Assembly: GCA_905178155.1 (NCBI GenBank)
Contig: CAJINV010000001.1
Coordinates: 15,624,142 to 15,688,141 of the forward strand
Origin: Amoebophrya sp. A120
Lineage: Eukaryota > Protista > Dinoflagellata
Reading direction: 5' to 3'
Length of the DNA stretch: 64,000 nucleotides
The translations under genes were made by a program, and so were the position numbers. The notes beneath the pieces are model-generated. The model saw nothing but the letters and a program-made list of their open reading frames with translations, had not been told where the DNA came from and did no database searches. Positions 48,363 through 57,667 of this stretch are shown here, in pieces. Position 1 is the first letter of the stretch; each line of letters opens with the position of its first letter.

Positions 48363-49970
48363 TTACGGGATAAAATCGAAGTCCTGGAGTTTTAGCTTTC
48401 TAAAGTCGTTTCCTCTTTGATAATACGTTTGCATCTCATCAGATTTCCACCTGAGACGAGCACCAATTCTGGCGTAAGGATTTTTCGTTTTCATAAGGTG
48501 GCGTAAACAGCCTACCCTCATATTGTGGGTTCTATTTGTCCCGTAGTATGCTACAAAGTCGCGCTGGAAATCTTCTTTCCACGAGTCCGCCGAATCCGCG
48601 AGCAATGGCAGCGTAGCGTGCGGACACAGATCTTTCAGCTCCGGGTGGTCGCAGAAGCATTTTGCAAACGCCTTTTTTATATAATTACTTTTGAGGATAT
48701 ATTTATTCATGTCCAGACAGAAAACTTCTGACGCCGGGCAGAAACTAAAGTCCCCCGTGAGTGGCACGTAGTAGCTCCTCGTATCCTTGGTCAGAAGTGC
48801 TTGCTCCTCGATGAGATTGTCATCTTCCGGGTCGGAATCCTCGCCAAGTTCGTAAATCTTCTTCTGCTGCGCGGCCGGTCGTGCACTTGAGCTCGAGGAA
48901 GATGATGACGAAGAGGAGGAACCAAATAGGTTCAAGCTGTCCCCACAACCGAATGAGATCTTGTTCATAAGCGTGTTGCGGCGTAGTCCAAATAGAAATC
49001 CGATGCTCGTTGCGGCACCCAAAAGCGGACTCGTGTTGAAAGTTTCGAGAATCTCGTCTAACATAATCGCCGGAGCTTGGGTGTGGGAGAAGTAGCCTTG
49101 TCTTTTTAACCTGTTCACAGTTTGATGTAAATAAGTTTTGTCGGCTGAAGAAAGTGCAGATCCTCCTTCTACGCACTCAAGTCGTGCTATGACGCTGAAG
49201 AGGTAATCGTCAGCCGTAAGGTGCAAGGACTTGTTCTCGCCGGTGCTGTTCACGAGGGCGGTGAGGAAGTTGATGGCATGCGATCGAGTCATTGGCCATG
49301 GCTTTCCAAGCCATCTGTAATGCACGCCGAGTTGAGCACATACTTGAAAGTAGAGACGGAGTCTACTATCCTCGGTCTGTTTTCCAGGACGTGCTTCGAT
49401 TTCAGCTCGTCTCTTTTCAAATTCTGGCTTATTTGCTATTAATGCAAAAGCTTGCATTTTCTTCTTAGATTCAACTACATCAGTTCTTGCGCTTTTGTAA
49501 GCTCGCATAGTCGCTGGGTTTCCCGCAATCTCTTTGAAGAAACCGGGCGGGGGCTTCCAGTCTTCCGTCAAAACTAAGGCCTTCTTGCCGAGGTAGTCTG
49601 ATGCTGGTAAAAGTTTCCCGTCGTCATCGAAGATGTAACTTTTCTTCTTCGAGCTGGAGTCAGCTGATGCTGGCGATGAAGTTGGGTCAACATGATGCAC
49701 GGGTACTGCTGGATCAGCTACGACTGGTTCTGCGAAGAAGTTCTTCTGAAGTCGCTCCATGTCCGCTTCTTGAAACTTCGCGGATAGTGCGTCAGCGGCT
49801 TTTGCCTTCTTGAGTTGGCGGCTGAACTCGGAACCGCTCATAAAACCGCTCCTCCTTAAAGATGTCAGTCTTCCTCCGACTGTAGATTGCGCGCGAACGT
49901 CCGCTGCTCTTTCGGCAGCTTTCGCGGAAATCTTCGCGTTCATCTCCGCTTCGAAATCAAAACCGTCCAT
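48363..49970 (-). CDS. Tyrosine recombinase of the retrotransposon (likely start MDGFDF; ORF open to 50174)
   Basis: FGLR (catalytic R), LCPH, THNMRVG (HxxR), RLRWKS...YY (W and catalytic Y). Confidence 0.88.
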   Translation of the reverse strand: MDGFDFEAEMNAKISAKAAERAADVRAQSTVGGRLTSLRRSGFMSGSEFSRQLKKAKAADALSAKFQEADMERLQKNFFAEPVVADPAVPVHHVDPTSSPASADSSSKKKSYIFDDDGKLLPASDYLGKKALVLTEDWKPPPGFFKEIAGNPATMRAYKSARTDVVESKKKMQAFALIANKPEFEKRRAEIEARPGKQTEDSRLRLYFQVCAQLGVHYRWLGKPWPMTRSHAINFLTALVNSTGENKSLHLTADDYLFSVIARLECVEGGSALSSADKTYLHQTVNRLKRQGYFSHTQAPAIMLDEILETFNTSPLLGAATSIGFLFGLRRNTLMNKISFGCGDSLNLFGSSSSSSSSSSSSARPAAQQKKIYELGEDSDPEDDNLIEEQALLTKDTRSYYVPLTGDFSFCPASEVFCLDMNKYILKSNYIKKAFAKCFCDHPELKDLCPHATLPLLADSADSWKEDFQRDFVAYYGTNRTHNMRVGCLRHLMKTKNPYARIGARLRWKSDEMQTYYQRGNDFRKLKLQDFDFIP

Positions 49971-50016
49971 CTTCCGCTGAAGGGAACTGGGAATCAAACC
50001 GCAGGAGAAGGGTGGG

Positions 50017-50348
50017 AGAAAACAGAAGTGTGCAGCAACTCGCGCTAAGTCAGCACGCTGCGGGAGTTTCCGAATGTCTGTGCCCAATCTCTTAGGATCT
50101 CTCGAAGAAAAACTCGTCGCCGTGGTTCTTTGCATTTGCTTTTTCTTCTCCCGTCCTTTCGAGATGAGAGCCATCTTGTACGTTTTGCTTTACTTCGGTC
50201 ATGAGAGGAGTTTTTTCTTGGAGTAAGTTCTAGGAATCAAAAATAAGTCGATCCTGCTTATCCCTGATCAGCGAGCGTGCTGCGTCTCTCCAGCTGAAAT
50301 CAGCGGCCCTCAACGTGGCAACGAAGTGATGTCACGGGCGAGAAACTC
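50017..50348. repeat. Internal A2/B1 junction (equivalent to a circle junction)
   Basis: A (50017-50142) and B (50140-50348) overlap by TTT. Confidence 0.95.
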
Positions 50349-50619
50349 TCGTCTCGTGCAAGTGCGCTCATCTCTCGAGGCGATGACCTGTGTATACCTC
50401 CCACCAGGTCGTGACTAGACGTAAAGTCTGAGGGCTATGCTCGACAGACTAGTCAAAGTATACACCAACAGGTCAACGACCACGAGAAAACAAAGAACGA
50501 GGTAGGGAACACCAAGTAGTGCTGTGAGAAGTGTCGCAAGCAAATGTATAGCCTGCTGTACAATAATGTGACAATTCACGTGCTCAGAGGGAGGCGATGC
50601 AAAACACCTTCATTCAAAT

Positions 50620-50745
50620 AGAAAACAGAAGTGTGCAGCAACTCGCGCTAAGTCAGCACGCTGCGGGAGTTTCCGAATGTCTGTGCCCAATCTCTTAGGA
50701 TCTCTCGAAGAAAAACTCGTCGCCGTGGTTCTTTGCATTTACTTT
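50620..50745. repeat. Split direct repeat A1 (126 bp)
   Basis: Identical to 50017-50142 except one g/a near the terminus. Confidence 0.95.
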
Positions 50746-51832
50746 CACCCATCAAAATCAAAGAAAAAGAAACTCGGATCGTCTTCTCTTTCTTTCTGGT
50801 CATAATATCTGGGTATGGTAGGTTCAAACTTGTCATAGATCCGATCTGGGATTTTCGTTCTTCATTCTCATCATGTTATTATCTCTAGAAAAATGATTCA
50901 GATTGAATTGGTGTCGGAACATCATCATCCATTCTGATTTCATTCATTTTGATTTGTTTCATGAATCTCTTCGAAGAAAATCATTCTTCTTGGTGTGTGT
51001 TTTTTATAATATTGAAAAATGATTCCAGAATTTTCTGTCTCGGAATCATTGAAATATTTTATTTAAAATCATATGTGGGAATGGAATTTTGGGTTCCAGG
51101 ATCTGGATTAATAATGGAAGAAAAATATCTTTGAAAATTTTCTCAGGATAGAGATGTGTGTGAAAAAATTTTGAAAAATTAATATTCGAAAATAATTCTG
51201 AAAAATTTTTCATGAACCCCCTCCCTCCGAATATTAAAAATATATTAAATTTTCAAAAATGACATTCATCTCATTCATATTTAGATTTTTTATTTTCTCC
51301 CGATATGATAAGATTACTTGAAATTTTCGAAAAATGAATGAAAAATCTGATTTCCATCATATTCCAAGAATATTGAAATTAAGAAATTTTCATTTTGAAA
51401 ATATCCGGAATGAATCCCATTCCAGAATCGATCCAGATTCCAGAGATGATGAAAGACAATTTCGGACCGGACAACAACGACAATTTGAGTCATACCCAGA
51501 CATGAGAAGAAAGAAAGAAAGAAATCGATCCAGATCCTGGAATCTATCCGATCTGAATAATTTTTTTATATATCATTCCTATTCGACCCATGATGATATT
51601 GAATTCGAAATCCCACATTTATATACATTGAAAATTTGGAATTAGAAGAATCAGAATTTGAATGAAATGAGGACTCATAATTGATCTGAATTCAGAGTTG
51701 GATAATAGGATTCTCGAATGTCAGATTGTATTTTCATTCATCTATCACCGAATTATCGATCACATTCCGAAGAGATTCTCTTCCTTAAGGATCGATAGAT
51801 TTCCATCTTCCTCTTCGGTGAGGAAAATAGGG
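50737..51832. other. AT-rich, GpC-free island at the convergent strand-switch region
   Basis: No GC dinucleotide found by manual scan between gc at 50735-36 and gc at 51833-34; roughly 30% G+C. Confidence 0.85.
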
Positions 51833-52043
51833 GCAATGCGCATGCTCTCACAATCGCAAATCGAAATCAATGGATGCCAGCGCGTCCAAACAAAGTGCGA
51901 TATTAAATGTTCCTCTGATTTCAATCATTATGTTCATTTGTTTGGTTTTGTTTCTCATCCTCTTCTTCCAGTTGCGCTAAAAAAGAGCATTCGCTAGATG
52001 TCGTGTGGGTGTGTGGGTCTGGGTGAATATCATTTTTTTTTCG

Positions 52044-55000
52044 TCATATGTCGGCTAAGTTTAGTTCCTGATCCTGTTCGGAAGCGGAACAAAGAAGTCT
52101 TCTTTTTTTAAGTGGCAAATAGTTGTAATTGAGTCGATGCAGCAGCCTCTTCTTGAATCGTACAAAACCAAGTTCCTCACCCGTCAAGGGACAGAATGAT
52201 CCTTCGGACAGAAAGTCAATGCCAACGGTCGCACTGCCGCAATTACTGTTCGAGGTACTGTGATGTGGTCCAGGCCCTCTTCTTCCTTCCACATCCAAAA
52301 AGAAGGGACCCTTGCGTTTCTGGAATTGCAAGTCCGAAACTCCCGCGGCTTGGAGAAATTGCGTTATGTTGTCCGTTTCGCCTCCATTTTCATAGTCAAG
52401 TGAAGAGGATGTGGATGATCTATCTTTGGAAAATTCCGTTCTGGTGTGTGTCATCTTCCTCGTCTTGTTTTCCAGTTGCCGCTGTCGTGTTTTGTGCTGT
52501 CTCGAGACGGGCGAGTCATCATCATCTTCATCCATTTCGATTTCCTCAAAAGTGTCCTCGTCGTCTTTTACAGCATCGAATTCTGACTCGCCCGCCATTT
52601 CAATTTCTTCTCCAGTTTCGTCCACAGAATTTTTGTAATTGTTCCGCAACTGACAAGCAGCGCCGGCGTACTTTTCGAGGAGTACTTATGGAACTGTCAG
52701 GATCGAAATCAACAAAATCGAAAAATTTGCAATGCATAAAATGTAGGGCATGTGTGGCCTGTGTTGGGGCGCCGGCAAATGAGACCGATTGCAAGCCTCT
52801 TTAGGGGAAGAATTCCTGCTGCCAGAGTAGCATGACAGGAGCAGCCTTCTTTGCCCAAACAGCGTGAGAGACTGGATTTGGGTGCTCCCGAAATTTGTCA
52901 TGCATACCCGACTGCGCCACTTCAAAAACCTTTGCACCGTCGCCGCAAGCAGCTTCGGACGCAGGAGATCCGAAATTTGTCATGCGCCACTTGGAAATTG
53001 AGGCTCCAACTGGTGTCGATTTTATGCATCACAAATTTTTCGACTTTGTCAATTTCGATTCTGACACCTCCATAGTACTAGGACTGCCCGCGGCATCTGC
53101 CGCATCTGGTCTCCGTGCTCCAGCGTGAGCGCAAACAAAGTGCGGGCGAGCTGAGAGCTGGGCCGACTCCGCGCAAGCTTTTCATCTGCGGTCTGCGCAA
53201 TGTAAGTGAGCAGGGCTTCCCGAAGGAACTGCGTGCTCAAAATCTTCTCCGCGCCAAACATGCTCGTCAGTGTCATCGCATCCAGCAGATTCAGCAACTG
53301 TCTGCTTGTGAATCCAAACAGGAGGGTAGCTCTTTCTGCCTGGTTCGCTTTGCCTTTCGTCGTCCGTCTGAGTTCTGTGTGGTCGGCCTCGGCGGTTGTC
53401 TTTACTGACGAGGACCGTGGACTAGTACTTGTAGTGTCGCTGGCATGTTGTGGACGTAGATTTGCAGTGGATGCAGACGATGTAAGTGTGCCCGAAAGCA
53501 GGTGGGGTACGAGCTCGTCGTAAAACAACGACCGCAGCTGCGTCTTGGCAGGACGAGGCGGGTAATCCCGCCCTCCTGGAAGACCATATCCATAGCGCTG
53601 CTCCGCATGCTCTTTCACTCCTGGTTCGACCTGCTCCTGCCTATACGTGAAGCCAAAGTCTCCCTGGCATCTGTTGAGCACTTTTTCGCGCACCCATTCC
53701 CGAAGCTCGCCTGTTTGCGTTTGCACATTCAGAACACCTCGCCCAAGCGGGCGATCGCGCTGAAAAGTTGCAGAAGCTTGCTTGTCATGATCCCCTATCT
53801 GCAAGATGTCGGAGGATGTGCTGGTGGGTGAGCCGTAGCCATGGAATGGCATCGCCTTGGTGACTGATTTATGTGAAGAAGGATAATCATACTGAAGGGG
53901 TATATGCCCAACCCGTGCACAAGCCGCAGCGAAAACACTCAAATGCAGCGGCGAGTGGTGGTCTAGTCGCGCTAAAATGCTTGCTCCAAGGCGATCCCAG
54001 ACGTATTCGGTAGAAAAGCAGGCCCATAACAGAAAAAAGAGTACTTATTTATGTAGTGCGTTTTTTGGCGCGACAGATCGAGCATTTATTCGTGACACAA
54101 TTTTACTATTTTTCTGGTACTACAGTTGTGCTTTTCTCGAGGATATCACGTCCTGTCCGCGGAGACCCATCCGCCCAAACGCGTACGCCAAGAGGATGAC
54201 AGACTTGTCACCCATTTTCGTGCGCTGTCGGAATTTCTTTTTCCAACACGGCTGTTGTCCCTTCGATATTCCATCTGCATCGTCCTGCAGGGACAAATCG
54301 GGACCAGAAAAATCGTGGAAGGGGTGCGGGATGCTTTTCTGCACGCGCTCCATGGCAAAACGCATCAGATACACGTGCCGGATTCGCAGTTTAGCGAAAC
54401 TGTACAACACTAGCGCCAGCGACTGGTCGGACAGTTTCCGTTCCCGCTTGATGCACAGAACAGCGAGGGTTTGCACCAACGAACGATGAAAGTGCTCGAA
54501 CTTGGCGAGCGTGACCGCCAAGCTCGCGATGTGACGGTCCGTGACCCAATAGGCGGGTTTCCAATTCTCGTTCAGCCGCTTGCGCTGGAGTTTCAGGCGT
54601 GCCGCTTCCAGGCGCGCCTCGGTTTTCACGACGGATTCTTTCGGCTTGTTTTTTCTATTTCTTGGTCGGGAAAAAGAAGAGGAAGAAGATGTGTCGCGGG
54701 GAGTTCCTCGAACTGTGCAAGTACTAGAAGAAGCATCTTTATTTTGCAGAGGCTCTGGGGTGGGAGGAAGACTATCTTCAACATTGCGATCCGCAGGAGC
54801 AAAAAGTTCCTCTACTCCAGCACTGAGTGCATGTGCAACTCCAACTACATCATCGGCTTCATGCGGCCGTATCACGTTGTTCTCACCACCCGCCGCAATT
54901 TTCAAGGACGTACCTGGCAAGGACATCATCTCCTGTTCGGCGCCTTCGGTCGGAGTGTCTTCTCCTTGGCCCTTCGTCTTTGTCAAAAGCTCAGCTTCGT

Positions 55001-57107
55001 CTTTCTTTATTTTCGTCCGCCTACGTCTTCGTCCAGCACGAAGAGAAATCGGATTTCGTTTCTTGGGCCGCAGCATAGTTTTGTCCAGGTAATTTAGCGT
55101 CGGCGCCAAGATTTGCCTCGGGTAAAAGCCAAACAGCGCCATTTCGTGCAGGAAGATGATCATGGACTGCGGTGCCATGAGGTGCATCTTCTCGGAATAC
55201 ACCTGGCAGACCAGCCGCAGGGTCCGTGCCCACATGAAGTCTTCGCTTTTCCGGCGGTCGCAGCACTTCAGCCGCCTTTTGCGGAGCAGGTAGACAATCC
55301 AGCACAAATCGTACTCGTTCCAGCTGCACGCCGAGCGCTGCATGTGGCGGAACATGCGGTAGAAGAACTTTTCCTTCACTCGCGCGTTGCACTTCGCCAT
55401 GCAGTACAACACCTATGAGAGAGCACAACTTCTCCTCCCCCACCCCCTCATTTGTATTGCATGAACAGCAATACAAACGCCAGCCCTTCTGGAGCCTGTG
55501 CATGACTATGACAAGTTCACCGGTAGAAGGTAGTACTGTTTGGCCTTCCGAAATTTGTCATGCAAACAGTGCCACAGGGCAGCAAATGGATTTGCGGTTT
55601 TGCATGACAATTGAGGGGGAGGGAGAGTTGTCGTTGTGCACTTTCATAACACCAGGCAAATCTGGGAGTGGGACAAGCTGGAGGTCCGGGTGCTCGGCAG
55701 CTGCAACACCGATTTCGACCCCACTTGGTGGCGGATCTGCTGTTTGCCGAAAACGGCCTTCTCCACCGCGCGCGCAACGACATTCCAAGCCGTGTTGCTG
55801 CGGTACTGCAAGCGCTGAAAGCTGGTTGCCGTGGACACCAGTTGCGCGGGGGACATCTTCTCCAAACTTTCCACCACCTCCTCCCGCAACTTCTGAAACC
55901 GCCGGTCCAGCTGGACCTCCCGCCCGTGCGCCGACATCGTGGACGAGGAGTAAAGCAGGTCCGCGGACGAATTTTGTACTCCGGCCACTTCGGAAGGAGA
56001 AGAACTAGAGGCGGTTCCATAGTTGTTCTCAAGGCCAGGAGAGCTTGATGTTGTCCTTGTTTCCGGCAGCATGATCCTTCGTCGCCTTTTTGCGTTGTGC
56101 AGCGCGACCGAGAGTTCCTGCAAAAGGTACACCTTCGTGGACACTTTTTCGTTGCTGGTGGTCCCGGTCGCGGCTCCCATCTGCTTCAGGACGTGCTGCA
56201 GCTTTTGCTCCGTGGTGCGGTCCTGAACCGGCGCGCGCTCCTCAAAGCACAAGGCGCCTCCAAAGTCGGAGGATTTGTACACTTGGGACGGGAAATCTTC
56301 AAAACCGGCAACATCTTCATCGGTGCTACTCTGTTGAGTGGTGACAGAAGCGGTTCTACTATCGCTGAAATGAGAACTAGCATGCTCGTCCACTATCAGT
56401 TTTATTCCGTCGTCATCATCTTGAACCTCATGTTCGCAAGGCACTTCGGAATTTTTGCCTCGGCGGGCGAAAGCGGCATCGCTTGTCGTGGTCATTCTGT
56501 GCGAGCCGGTAGTCACAGTCGGTCGCGTTCTACTCCTGCCGGTGCACCAGCTATCCTCGGTACTCCTGGCAGCTGAAAGCTTCCCTGAAATTGCGAAGCT
56601 GTTTCTACCAGAAAAAACAGCTTCCGCTTCGTGGTTTTCACCTTCGTCGAAAGCTTCGCTGTCGCTGTGTCGTTCACCAACATGCTCATTCCCCCTGCTG
56701 TTGAGAAAATCCGACAGGGTTGATAGTGAAGCTGAGTGCGGGTTTTCATGTTGACCACTCCGTTCCACAGCCGAAAGCGCCGCATCGCTGTCCGCGGCGA
56801 GAGCCGCTGGTTGTGAGGAAGAAGTACTAAACGTCCTTCTTCCTGCAGCACCACGGAGTGTTGAATTCGAAGTGTCATGCCCGCAACAGCTCCTGGAGGT
56901 TCCAGATGAAGAAGTAGCGCCGGAAGGAACTCCGTGAGATTGTGCCTGTTTGGCAAAACCGAGAGTCCAATGATGGTGGCTCAAAAGGGTCTGCGTCAAG
57001 GCTCTTGCTCCCGCGGGCGCCAGTACAGTTGAAGAGGAACTGGGTGTGGTCGTAACCAGCACCGACCGCGAAGTAGAACTTGAACTAGCACATGCAGCAC
57101 GCTGCAT
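52044..57107 (-). CDS. Large helical-repeat (HPR/OPR/FASTK-like) putative organellar RNA-binding protein; four exons separated by three introners
   Basis: Repeats such as MSPAQLVSTATSFQRL, LSHSQICLVLYCMAK, LSDQSLALVLYSFAKL, MGDKSVILLAYAFGRM; S/R/A-rich N-terminus. ORFs 55644-57107, 54120-55412, 53049-53942 and 52044-52649 join in frame. Confidence 0.65.
52687..53074 (-). mobile_element. TIR introner with ~56-bp TIRs
   Basis: tatggaactgtcaggatcgaaatcaacaaaatcgaaaaatttg vs rc tatggaggtgtcagaatcgaaattgacaaagtcgaaaaatttg; perfect GTACT duplication. Confidence 0.92.
54004..54145 (-). mobile_element. TIR introner
   Basis: tattcggtagaaaagca vs rc tatcctcgagaaaagca; flanks agacg/tcacg. Removing 147 nt gives GQDVWDRLG. 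Confidence 0.75.
55414..55648 (-). mobile_element. TIR introner that forms a canonical GT-AG intron
   Basis: tatgagagagcacaac vs rc tatgaaagtgcacaac; perfect ACACC duplication; on - strand ctg|gtgttatg...ctcatag|gtg. Confidence 0.88.
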
Positions 57108-57667
57108 CGTGTTTTGAAAATTTTCAGGAAGAAACGGAAACCCAACTTATTGCCTTCTTCGATACTACTAAGCAATCGATGAAAACTGACAACAGATGAA
57201 AGGGGAACGCCAAATGAGTTGCACGACAGTCACCGCGTTTTTTTTTTCGAGAACACCAAAAGCAAAGCTATCCGAAAGAACATGAACATGCAGGAGCGAG
57301 AAAAAGTAAAAGACACGACAGGGAAACGAGATCGAGAAGTAGTAGAACTAGAAGTGGATCGGGATGAAAATAAAGAGAACCGGATTGTAATGATCGGAAC
57401 AAGTGAACAAGACAGATGATCTCAGTGAGACCACACCAAATTTTGATCTTTTCAAGTGCGTGGATCTTCATTTTGCATGTCAAAAGCTGCGGAGCGGGTG
57501 TTTCAGCGTCTCGAACATGTTTCGAAAATCCTGCAGCGTCCACATGATGTTACTGGCGGGCAGATGGAACTTCTCTGATGTTTTTGCTTCCATCATGACG
57601 TCAATCTAGTTTGAAGCTGCGCGATTGCGGTTTTCCGCCGAAAACTAGTATAGTATGATGATGTTGC

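Larger units (their letters stand above)
42487..50745 (-). mobile_element. Full-length tyrosine-recombinase (DIRS order; Ngaro/PAT/VIPER-like) retrotransposon with split direct repeats
   Basis: RT/RNase H, gag-like and YR ORFs all on -; repeat B 42487-42695 = 50140-50348; repeat A 50017-50142 = 50620-50745; TTT at both ends and at the internal A/B junction. Confidence 0.93.

Noticed and set aside
51334-51645. 103-aa ORF in the AT-rich island
   Set aside because: Its composition simply mirrors the GpC-free bias (no Ala), and it has no motif.
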